Assembly (NCBI GenBank): GCA_030141605.1
Contig: JAQGDQ010000090.1
Location: 496,001 to 560,000 of the forward strand
Length of the DNA stretch: 64,000 nucleotides
Direction: 5' to 3'
DNA from: Tubiluchus corallicola
Lineage: Eukaryota > Animalia > Priapulida
Both the position numbers and the translations under genes were made by a program. The notes below the pieces were generated by a model. It did no database searches. It had not been told where the DNA came from and saw only the letters and a list, made by a program, of their open reading frames with translations. Shown here piece after piece: positions 13,861-26,900 of the stretch (its first letter is position 1; every line of letters starts with the position of its first letter).

Positions 13861-16800
13861 GTGAGTACGCACTTTCTTGCTAATATGGGAAACCTTTTTA
13901 AATTGGTTTCTGGAAGTTTTTCTGGCGATGACGCGAAAATTAAGAGCTTTGTTACTAGTGATAGATATTATAATGGACCCATTTTAATTGTATGTTGATT
14001 GAATGCAAGTTGTCTGCAATTTTGGCAAGTCAAATGCCTGATTCAATTCAATTAAATTCAAGTTCTTATTTCGGTAACTAAGACCATATAAAATACAAAT
14101 ATAGTACTAAAATAAAATAAAATACAATGAAGTAAAAAGATTCTTAATCCACTGAAAAACTTCATCAAACCCATTAAAATGGCATCCAGCGAGTTCATTT
14201 TTGTGCAGTTCTGCACAGTACTAACAAGAGTTTCAACTATTAATACTGGATGATTGTGGCTGAACCGGAACTTTGCTGAACTGACAATTAAGAACAATTA
14301 TCTGCGGGCATATCACGTTTTGCACATAATGCTTAGGGAATACTACAAGACTTATCGGGACTCATCATACTGCATTAGAGTAGTACACTCGCTGTAAATT
14401 TTGCGTGCGATGTGACACAGCAATATGTAATTTATCTAGTCTACATTATATAAATAGAATGTAGATGGTCTGGGGCAAATAATTATCATAATTTCTCATA
14501 TATCTGACCTGGTAAATTTGGTTCACATTACCTAAGATAAATGTGTTATTACCGCATCATGTATGTCGCGTGCGAATGTGATACACAGCGACATTTTAAG
14601 CCAGTTTTTGTTTTTCTTTAAGGCACAGGGGTATTTGCGTAGAAAGCTGAACTTTTAGGGAAAGTCTGTATGTACAGAGAATAGAGGTAAAACAGTAATG
14701 TTTTGAATGTGAGGATTTAAAGGTAATAAGATTGCTAGGTAATAAGGTTGATCAGGGATCAGAATGGAAGAGAGACATAATGGGTGCGGTATAATATTAT
14801 TTAATTAAAACAAAACAGTCTGAAACAAAACAAACCAGGATTCCAGAACTCCAACCTCATTTCAGGGCTTCTGATTAAATATTTGGGTTATTTCGGTGAT
14901 TTGTGTGAACAAATTTTTGGCATTTTTACTTTTTCGTGAATTATCGTTTAGTGGTGTTTTGTTTCCGGCAAACCTTTTCTTCTTAGCAAATGGTTGTTGT
15001 CCCACTTGAAACCGCAACTTCACTACGGAGATCTAGACAATGACCGGCTGCTGATTGATTATTGATCATGAATTCGTCGTATTAAAAAAGAATCATTTGC
15101 CTTGCAATTGCGGAGAGGTCTTCCGAGTGACGCTGAATTCATAGCCACCACTTATATATCGTATGTGCTGGTTTTTACAAATTGTCGATTGTTGATCAAG
15201 AGTCAGTTGGCTGTTTCTTATCGAAATGCCTACTCTGGACTTTATCCACTGCTGTTTTATACATACTGTAAATATAAATACCAGTCGAACGTGCAAATGT
15301 TATTTATAAGTTTAAATGTGATGGATGTCTCTACGCGTAAATGGGACCAATGATTAGAAAGAATCGTTTGACTCATTTTGTTGTAGACGTCCATTTTTTT
15401 GTTTACATTGTATCAAACTTGCAAAATTTTGTAGTATGTTGATATTTTAGCTTTTTTGTCAATCATCAGTTGCTGATGAATTGATTAGTTGTTTCTTTGA
15501 TGATAGTAACTCGGCCTTTTATCCTTTATCCTTTGATGCTGATTTTATGAAAGTTGGTAAGAAATTGCAAAGCTATTTGCAGATAAGTTTGCAGAACTTC
15601 AAGTTTTTGCATTTTTGACCAATGCAGCTTTGCTTCATGTCAGTTTTATGTTTTATGACATTAGTCTTTTGGCCACCGGAGTATGTTTTAATCAAAATCT
15701 GATGGCATTTGAAAAGTAAATTATTATGTTCTTTGCGTACTTTAGTTCAACAAACCAAACAATATAAAAAAGAGGACGACTCGTAATGGACTTTTCTATA
15801 TTATAGAACTGTGTGTATTCTTATTACCACTTTGAATTATCATTTACATGATAATCAAGTTTGATAATGAATAGCCTTTTCTGCTTTTCAAGTCAAATTT
15901 CGTGCATCGATTAACATTACAAGCCATATTTTCAGTCACTTAGAAACTACAGTTTTTGCAGTTACAATACTTATTGGTAATTTATACATTATGTATGTTG
16001 CAGCTACAATTAGATTTTTGTTCTTTATTGTTCCAAGGCTTCGTCGTAGGAGGCTCCGTGTCGTTTCTCTGTAATTCCAGCAATTGCTTGTATATACAAG
16101 AAGCTCTATTGTATTTGTGCTTGTAGAATTCTACGCCTTTACATTATTCAGTGTGCCGAAATTGTGTTTTGCGCCTGTTTGATCACTTAAAATTTGTGTA
16201 TTTAGTAATTAATAATGCATAAGCCGAACGGCAAACACCACAAAACATTAGCGACGGGGTTTCAGTCAACACGCAAGACGACGATAATGACTCAATTTGC
16301 ATCAAACGAAACGCACTTTTCTGCGTTTCTCATTTCTGAATGTTTGTTTCGCACTTGCTGTAGATCACTGTGCAGATTCAACAGACAAATGATGTCTGAA
16401 GCCAGTGAAGTAGCAGCCGTTCTCTGTGCTCAACAGCCTCAACTCCCTCGCTAATCTGATGTTATACGCTGGCTCGCGTGTGACTGTAGCAACCGGTTAT
16501 TGTGAAGCCCAGTGTATACAGTAGATTGCGTGCAATGGCTAACACGGTTTACTTAATTCAACAATTGATCAGATTTTTAACGCAAACTTTCGATAAATTT
16601 CGCTTGATTACACCTGGTTTCTTCGTGCTCGAGTATTTGCCCAACCTTTAGCTTAATTCCACGACAAATCCTTTATGTAAAGAGTGGAATTTTCAAGGCC
16701 TAACTGTTGACAACGTGGGCTCAGCGTTGTAGACAACAACGTGGTAATGGCAGATCTTTTAGATTTGCACTGAGGAACTTTTTAGGGACAAACATAAAGG

Positions 16801-19800
16801 TACATCGATATTAAGGCCCAAGACTATTCAATAAGAACTTTGTAAGCAGCTTACTTAACTTGTTAGGTGTTTGTAGGCAGTAGTGGGCAACTCTGAGTTT
16901 TCTGTAAAACTTCAATTGTTAAGTATCTAGTTTCATATAATCCTACCCGACGGTATGTATTCATACTTGTGTTTAAATTCCAACTTTCCAAGTCCTAACT
17001 GACAATGAATGACGCATGATTGAGAACTTTGTTTTTTTCCACCAATCTGTGTTTGCCGTCACATTTTTTCCTAACTATACCGTCACAGCATTCGATAAAG
17101 ATTTAGTATGATTGCTGACAGAGTGTGTTACTACAGTCAAGACATTGTCTGCACATTCCTCTGCAAAAAACTGTTTGAAGTTCCTAAAATTTGACTTTGG
17201 AAAGGGGGACCGTTTCAAATTGGCTGAAACGTGAAATCAAAGCTGAGAAAAATGGTATAATATTTTGGATGTGAAGAAATGCTCATGTGATATCAAACAA
17301 TTAGTCAATTTAAAATCGAGTGAAAATCGTAAAAATCAATAGTAGGTTACAATTTTTACGTAATATGACCCCATTGTACATCATTTTTATATGATACAAG
17401 ATGCAATGCAACAGTGGTCTTTAACAGTTGGGGACTTGTAACTTCAGAAGCGACACGGCCATAGCTTTAGGTCCATAACATTTTTTGATCTTAGCTAACT
17501 GTTTTAATGGATGTCTCCTCTACCTACCAAATTAGCTATAAAAGTATTTTTTCTTAGTAATTAGCTATAATTGTAGCTATTTACAGTTATCAGTTATAGT
17601 TGTTAGTTATTTCTAGTCCAGACTTCAGGTATGATGTTCAATTGGACCATGCATATGTCTAATACATATCTATGTTCCATGTCTATAAGTTGTCATACTA
17701 TAATAATGTAAACGTTTTTCACATTGATAAGCCTTGCTGGGTGATGTCTTGTTCTGTGTTGTGTTTCTTCCGCTTATGTTCTTTCTTACGCAATTTCTTT
17801 CATCTTGTTATTCAATAAAGCGTTTGACATTGTGTTATAATTAGCCGCACTCTCTCCCGTTATTAACTGGCGCAGCGTTTGGCATTGTGTTATAGGTAAT
17901 AGTACTGTTCCATTATTAACTTTTGCAGCTGATAAAACTGTGTCATAATTATGTCGTACTTAGTGGTACGTTTGACTGGTGCAGCTTTAGTTGACATTGG
18001 GTCGTATTTAGTGATACTTGGCCATTGCTGACTGAAGTTACATCTACGTCTTGACTCCTGGCAAAGTTTGCTTGCAGAGGTACAGGGCACATTTGAAGCA
18101 CACCTCAGTGCACTTTCGGCTAGCGTCCCTTCGTAAACTGAAGATATGTTTTGTATCCCCACTACAAGTCTACAACTAACAACTATTTTTGGCTGCTATT
18201 TAATTCTCTTCCCATCCCCTTTTGGTCCCCCCTCTCTCTCCCTCCTTTCCCCTCTCCTCTTCGTCCCTACCTCCCTCCCCCCTCTGTCTCTTTTATTTTC
18301 TGCATCGACATACAATGCTTTGCAAGTTCATATCATGTTTTGCTGTGTGCCTTCATTGTGTTACCCGCACTGTGCTACTACACCACACTAATTCACGTTC
18401 ACGTTCTAGTTCACGTTAATTAATAAACTTGAATTCTTTAAGCACTTTTTAACATTTTGCTCACACTACTATTTTTTCATGAATATAATATATGAGTCTG
18501 TTTTTTAAGTCTATCTTTATTTTACTAAATTAAAATACCATGTAAATGGTAAAAATTAAACTAAGAACTAAGAAAGACTAGTGGCATGCATTATTAAAAT
18601 ACAAATCCCAAAGAGCATCTTTCCTATTAAATTTATAGTTAAATAACAGTTTTAATTTCGATTTTGTGCTAGCATTTTTGCAGTTTTTCTCACCAGTAGC
18701 ATAATATCTGAATGTTCACCTGTTTCTTGAATAATATTCAAGTATCCACTGATCACAAACATTTAACTTACTGGGGTAATATAAACTTGAAGAAAATGGT
18801 TAAGAAGGAATATGAGCGTTCAGGGGATATATAAGTTGAATTTTCTGCTCCAAGTATTAACCGTTTTTCTTACTTTTCGTGGTACATTATCCGATAATAA
18901 AGACGTAAGCTCTAAAACTGAATTCAACGAATCGATTTGGGTTTCTCTCACTTTTGAGAACCCGCTCTGTTGAGGACAAGTTGCGGGCGTCATCTAGCGA
19001 GGAGGAGATCACATAAGAAAGCAAATGAACAGAGCCTTTATCTACTTGGAAAAACATTTTATTAGTCGTCTTGTCTAACAATTCAATCACAGTACTAACT
19101 ATAAGTTTGCGGCCAATTGTATAAAATGACCACCCAGGTATGTAAAGAAAGAATCAGAAGCCTTTGTTTTTTGGAACAAAAGGTTTCTGAGACAAAAATA
19201 TTTTCTGAGATAAAAATCGCTAATTCGCCCAGCTTCAGCAGATGTGCGTCGTGTAACATTCTGCTATATAATATTTTGTAAAATGAGTACGCTTTGAGAA
19301 GAAAAAGATAATGATGTTTTGGACACGACTTCCCCCATATATAACAAAATGAGGTGGACGATGGGCAAATAGGTAGGTTGTTAAGAAAGGGCGAGAATGA
19401 TATATTCCGAATTACCCAACATGTAATTGTTATATTTTTACTAAAACTATGATTTTGTATCCCTATATATACCAATACAATTTTATATTTTTTATTAAAA
19501 GTGTCATGAAGTGGATTTCAAATTCAATCAATACTAGCTGCAGTATTGCACACAATTAGTGAACTACAGTATAATTCATGTGTAAACCTAACAAACACGT
19601 ACCGTATTTTATTATAATATTATGCAAAGAACAAATTCAATTTTGTGCATATTATCGAGACTTTGGGTAAAGGAGTTGACCGTTGAGGAAGGGGCGCTAA
19701 AAATATTTCTGCCTAGGGCGTCAAACTACCTAGAGCCGGCTCTGTACAGTAACGCCCGCAACGATGACAGAATATGTCAAAGTTCATTAGTGTAAACCTC

Positions 19801-22800
19801 CTGCAGCAAGTACTGCCAAGTTATCAACTGTTACTTGCTGTAAGTCTTAGCGCTGATTGGTTAAATTATCGTTGAACACTGAAATCAATTTCTTCTCTCA
19901 GCTGCTGACGAAATTGAACACTAGTATTGAATTTCCGAGCCCTGGATTTTGCTCTTCGATCGAAATAGTTTTTTATCAAATCAGTTGAATTCGGTTTGGT
20001 TTTAAGATATTTCGCAAGGATATATTACAGGGATACAATTATATTATTTTTTATTAGTTGTGTAACAGTTGACTTCCCAACCTAATAGATGTATGTTACA
20101 CGCAAAATGCATAAGTTTAGATCATTTTTTGTTAAAACCTCTATGTGCTGTTTATTTTATAAACGCATGACAAGATCTTTCTTACAGATATTTAGATACG
20201 TAAAATTCAGTGTGACTGAAAAGAAAGACACGTTTCCACACGTTTTAGCCATAGAGTGGTCTTGTGTAGCAGGAAAAACGTGCACCAGTTGAGATGAAAT
20301 ATTCTCAAAGTTTAACTTTAACTTAGAAATGAAATCAGTATTGAGGGAGAACTTCAATATAATTGCTGCTCACATTAGTACTGTGAAAGTAATGATATGT
20401 TCACTAAAACAGCACGAGAAAATCTTCTATTTTAATTCCCAAATTTAAAAGTAAATAGTTTAAATAAACTTTAAATAAACAAGCTACATCTTCGAACATT
20501 CATTGCTCATGCCACAAAAGATTTATAATTTGTCTTAAACCAAAACCGGACCTAATCTCAAACTGCAGGTCAAACCAATCTACTTTTTAAAATATTGAAA
20601 GGAAACACTATTTTTTTCAATAATGACTTACGTGAAAGAATAATTACCACACAATCACAATTTCACGTTCGCGCCACTAGTTCTTCGTTGTTACAGGCAT
20701 TTCGCCATTCGCTAGTTAGACTGGCACTAGCGCCTGTTTTTCGGAAACGTACAACAGCTCATGCTTGAGCACAACGGTAAATTTGAATTTTGAATTTTAT
20801 CTGATAACTTTCTAGTTTTAGTACAACACACTGAATATCTTAGTGGCACTGTACTTCAAGTTTCGCTTTCGCAAACACGTGCAACACACTCGTGGAATAT
20901 TTTGCTGTTGAAAATTATGTTGGTTTGTGATGTCATAAATAGTTGGGCTCGCCTGCCTTTAATTAAGTTTTTAATCTATAGTTTTATGATCAGAAACGGT
21001 TTTGCAATATTAATTGTGTTAAAATCTATGCTTTTTATCGGATTTGAAAATGTGGAGGTATGTGTGAAAAATCATCCTTTCTTCCTTTAATAGTAGAATC
21101 ATATAAGTAGTCAAAGTTTAGTGCATCTGTAGAGACAAGTCTTGCGTTAAACATGGAATTAAAACTCAAAGATGAACAGGGATTTGTAAAACAAATTTTC
21201 TGTACTGGGGATTTTAAATCTTCGAACAAATAAACTGAATGAAATCTATCTAATTGATTAATTATAATTTTATTTCCTTCACAAAAGTCCATATAAAATT
21301 TAACACATAAAATCAGTGAAATGAAAATTGCCGTAACTAAAATCTAATTGCTAAAAATAAAGATTAAACTAACTGCAAACTCTCATATACAAGCACACGA
21401 TTGTGTTACATGATTATAATTACCTTTATGAGATAATAATTAATTAGTTAATATTTGCATTAAAACACAATCAATGAACAGATAAATTAAAATTATTATT
21501 AAATTCAAGTAATCAAATCGTTAGGTCTACAGAATAGAATTAACTTCGATTTCGCATGCAAAATAGAATGAATGTAATACATATAGGCCTATATATCACA
21601 CACTGGAATGTTCAACAATGTTGATTTTGTGCAACAAACGGAAAATTTCAATAGGCCTAAGAAATCTATTGTAATAGTGGTATTGATATTAGTCATTTTC
21701 ATATAAATATTTTGGAAAAATAACAAATCCCTGTTCGTTTTTGAGTTTTGATTCCATGTTTAACGCAAGCCTGGTCTCTATGGATGTAGTAAACTTTGAC
21801 TACTTATATGGTTCAGCTACTTAGACAAATTATAAATCTTTTGCGTCTTGAGAAGTGCATGTTTGAAGGTGTAGCTTATTTATTTAAGGTTTGTTTAAAC
21901 TGTTTTATTTCAGTTTTGGGAACCAATGTAGAGGATTTTGCGTGCTGTTTTAGTGAATGAATCATTATTTTCGTAGCATTAACGTGAACAACAATTATAC
22001 TGAAGTTTTCCCATATTGCTGGAAATATTAGGAAACGAACTACTATTTTTGTGCTAGGAAATGGTGATAGCTAGCAGTTGTCGAGTTTTTTTGCTGGATT
22101 ACTGCTGTGTTCTACTGCCTTGACCTTGGGCGGATTTCTTTTATTTTAGAATTCTGCCTGGTCAGCGTCTAAAATAGACATAATTGGTGTGTAATATGAT
22201 AATATGATGATTCGTTATATTTCCTGTGAATCGCATCCACAGTGAAGACTTCCAATGTTACTGGTTATATTAATAAACAAATCATTATTTTTACAGCATT
22301 ACTGTGAATCACAATTCGCCGCCAAACAACGGCAATAATAAGACAAAGGATCCAAAAACAGTAGACATCATTAATAACTATTTTCCAGAAAATAGGTGAG
22401 TACGTGCATGTAGTTTATTTTTAGCAATATTTTCGTTAAGGTCACTTTCGTTGCGCCAAATATACAGAAAGAGAAACCCATCTCCAATGACAGGACCTGA
22501 TGTCGCCATCATATCAGGAATATTACTGTAATATTGCTATAAGAAAACTACTGAAGCTACCAAATACAGAACGCAGTCGATTATTACCAGCAATCTGTAA
22601 TGTAACCACACCAAAAATGCAGAATATTAGCAGGTTTATGAAATTTTATGCTAACTTAGTAGTAATAACAACTAGTTAGTATCATGCTTTATAATGAACT
22701 CGGAAATGTCTGTTGCAACTGTTATTGGAATAAACTTGCATTTTCTAAATTATGAATACAGCATTAAGGAAGAAGATTTAATTAATAACTGTGTAGAGGC

Positions 22801-23770
22801 TAAATCAATTACAAAAAGCTTGTTGAAAACCGATTAAGCGAACAAGACGTGGCACATGTATATATGATATTAAAAATTTTGGACAATATGTTTAAACAAA
22901 TTTTGCTATATTCCAATTTCTCACTATGGATTAATAGAAATTATAAAACATAATATATAAATACATAATAATAATAACAATAATAATAATGATGATGATA
23001 ACAACAACAACAACAATAATAAATAAATAAAAATAAAAAATATTATATAGGAAGATTTTATTTAAAAATATCAGTCTAACATGTAGTTGTGCGTTAAACT
23101 AATACCACCCCAGGGCAAGAGTAAACACAGCTACAACGTACAAAAAGGAAGTGTTACAAAACATTTGGCAATAGTAATTATTTGAAATAGTTTTAAAATA
23201 GACATTGGAGGACCATTCCATTTTTGGTGATTATTAATAGTAGAAGATAGCATTATTTTTGTGATTAATGTGGATGTGAGTAGTGTGGATGTGATTAACG
23301 ATGGTTGGATCCATTCTGGGTTAAATTTTGAGTAAAAGATTATGCAGGATGAAATGACTGCTAATTTTGAAAGGTTGGTCGCAGTTTGATTGAAATTACC
23401 AGTTTTATAACCTGTTTAATTTGGTTGTTGTTGTCCCAGAAATGAAACCACGTTTTAATTGTACAGATATTGTATATTTAAAAAGCTTCAATATGGAACA
23501 TCCGAATTTAGTAGTCATTTTGTGACCTGCAACATAAAAGAAAGTGAAAGTTCAGTGTCAGTAATAAAGTGTTGACAATTTTTTCTGTCTAGTACATAGC
23601 AGAAGTATTCGCTGATTAGTACAGTTTGGGAAAGAGAAAGAATTTACCCATAAAGTTCTTATACATTTTTTCTATTTTTTCATATTTTAGTAAAGAAATT
23701 TGTATGCAGTCTCCTTAATTGTACCACGAGCTTCATAATAATAGTAGTAATAATAACATTAACAATAATG

Positions 23771-23805
<35 letters not shown>

Positions 23806-23884
23806 GATAATGATAATGATAATGATAATGATAATGATAATGATAATGATAATGATAATGATAATGATAATGATAATGATAATG

Positions 23885-23926
<42 letters not shown>

Positions 23927-26900
23927 GTAATAATAATAATAATAATAATAGTTTCTTTTTAAAGTGCGCTATATCTCAGCACACTTTACATAAGATACTG
24001 TTAAAATTACATTAAAATAAAAAATAAGAAACGATATAAAATTGAAAACACAATTCGGAATAAGCGGTTCAAACTATAAAATGACTGCACTGTAGACTTG
24101 ATTTTAAAGTGTACCAAAATTAACATAATATAAACGCGCAATATAATCATAATAGTTGCTAAACAAGTGAGTTTAACAAATGCTTCAACTTAACTCAGCT
24201 TTGATGACAACAGAGAGCGCTAGATGGCGGTAGTGTGTTTTTCCTATGCAGCTATTACTATAATGCTGCTGCTGCTACTATTGACTGGCCGAGTATGCTG
24301 GATTACAAATAAGGCGAGTATTTCACACGTTTATGTTAGCATTAGCTATTCCTGGCTTCTAAATTTCTAAAACTTTACCGATTTTGTTAAGGAGGCTCAT
24401 TAATCGATGGCGTTTGATGAGTTTCTCAGAGACTAGTGTTAGGTCCATTTTTACAAAAACTCCGTTGCTTTTCCTTTCTGGTGAAGAGTGTCATAAAAAT
24501 CAGAAAAAAAGATTAAATGAGGAATAATAAAATCATCAACTATTAAAACACACATTTATATGTACTTGTGCTAACTTAAAACTCAAGTGATCCATCATTT
24601 TTGGACATCCTGTCGAATCGATTTGCAGTTGGTCAGTGGTCACCACGTATCGACGGAAATCTTTAACTTCAACGGAAAGGCGAAAGCTTCTGTGAAGCTA
24701 CAGTGTTTGCAAAGCGGGTTAGAAAAAATTTAACACCTCACATACCTAGTAAAATCTCTTTGAGGATGCGATCATTTCACGCTTGGGCGCTCCCATTTTG
24801 AAAGACTAATGACGTCATTCTTTAACTAAGTGCAGCACACCATCAGTTACTGTCAAGTTTAATAAGATTTTGCATAACGTTATAGATAGCTAATTTTGCG
24901 ATGTTTTTGCATTGACATTAAGAAAGTTGCCCAGAGAAGTCTGAATTTTTAAGCCACAACGCGCTTATGAAAAGTCCACCAGCTACATCACTGTAAATTT
25001 CTTAAATGGTGGCTAGTATCACGCCTGTTAATTTCTTTCCTGCGGTAGTATAAATTTAATTCATCCTTCATAGACAATATTTTATTGTATTTTTAATCGA
25101 TAGCAGTAAAATTATTGCTAGAATTGTCCCTCAGCCTGAAGTATTTTATAGCCAAAATCGCCAGCAAGTCGATAGTAATCTTGTAAGCATGCAGATGCGT
25201 ATGCAAAATGCTGCCGAAACATAAAAGTTATTGAATGATTTTAAACTGGTGTCGATCTGGCAATCTGTTTGCAGTCATTCTAATGTAACTGAGCGCAAAG
25301 ACTGGTGAGTGTGTGATATAAATAGTCTGCGTGGCAATTAAATATTTACAAAAAAGGAAAGCTGAACGACAGCAGCTATGTTTCCCATGCAAACTGCCAG
25401 GTGGTGCAATATTATCTGCATTTATTTGCACCTTAGTGACAACTAAATCAGTGAAAATTGACACTTAATTAAAGTAATGTCAAGTTTCTGAGTAATCAGT
25501 CATTTTGGGTCATGTACCGAGGAGTTTCAGCAAAAATTAATTCGAAATATTATAGTCGTTGTTATATCCCAGCCTCGGTATTATTATATTCTTGTAAAAT
25601 TGATTTTTTGTTGTTTTTTTGCATACATTCATATATGGGCGTGTATGTTCTGCACACATTTTTATATTATTTGATATAGTGTTATGTGTGTAGTATTATT
25701 ATATATCGCCTGCATGTTTGTAATATAGAACTTAGTTCTGCAATAATTCAATTCAATTCAATTTTTCAAATTCCACAAGATTTTTCTTGTCTAAAAGGAA
25801 AAAAACTGTGAAATGAACTTACAGTTATTGCTGCTGTTACTCCAAACCAAACTGTTACTGCTGTTACTGCTAACTACTACTACTACTACTATTACTACTA
25901 CTACTACTACTGCTGCTGCTATACTGTTGCCGGTGCCACTGTCGCAGCTACTGCCACTCGTTCTGCTACTACTATTGCTGTTACTAGCGCTACTTATATT
26001 GTAGCAGTTACTGCTACTAATGTATATCTTGCCAGTTTAAAGTGAATTTACGTCCTTTAGAGATTGTTCCTTCTGCCAAGGCTTCTCGGTGAACCAAAAG
26101 TCACACTAACTAAGCAACTAACAGTTGTACGTTTCGCGTAGGTTGTGTCTCCCTGTGGATGACAACTTCTGATGCTGCACTTAGTTATTAACAAAATGAA
26201 GTTAAAAAGCGCAGGTGACCTTTATACTCGTGGGTGGTTCGCTTATAAACAGTTCCTCCAGGGATCCTTGAAGAGGCGGCCAGGTTGCATAAGCTATGAG
26301 CGTGTGAATGAGATCACACAGCGCTGGCTTCAGCTTCAACTGCCTACTGACTTCAGCTTCAACTATCAAATCAGACCTGAAGTCAAGCGATAATCTCTCT
26401 TCGCAACCATTTTTCTTGAAAAACACTTTAGTCGCATTAAATTTTCGCTGATCGTGAGATTATGTCGAGTGTGAAGATCAGAATAAGTTGCCGTCTATAT
26501 CGACAAAATGTCTAGAAGTTTTATCTCTACAGTAAGCGCCGTCAGAGAAGATTTCCGCTATTGCTGTCTATATCGACAAAATGTCTAGAAATTTTATCTA
26601 TACAGTAAGCACTGTCAGTGAAGATTTCCATCATCGACAATGAAAGAATTGATGGGCTATCATTGTGCTGTCTAAAAGTCTTCTCTTTTATGGTCAATGA
26701 AACGACGAACATAAACAGTGATTTAACTCAAAAATATAAAAACTTGGTGGTGCATGCAAGGACGACCATGGGAGAAATTTAGCCGGCTACCGAATTGTTA
26801 ATAACATGCTGCTCCCCAAAAATGCACGAAATCAAGTAGCTTAATTTGTAATTTTTTTATTGCTTAATTTAAGTTATTAAAAGTCATAGTTCACTATTGA

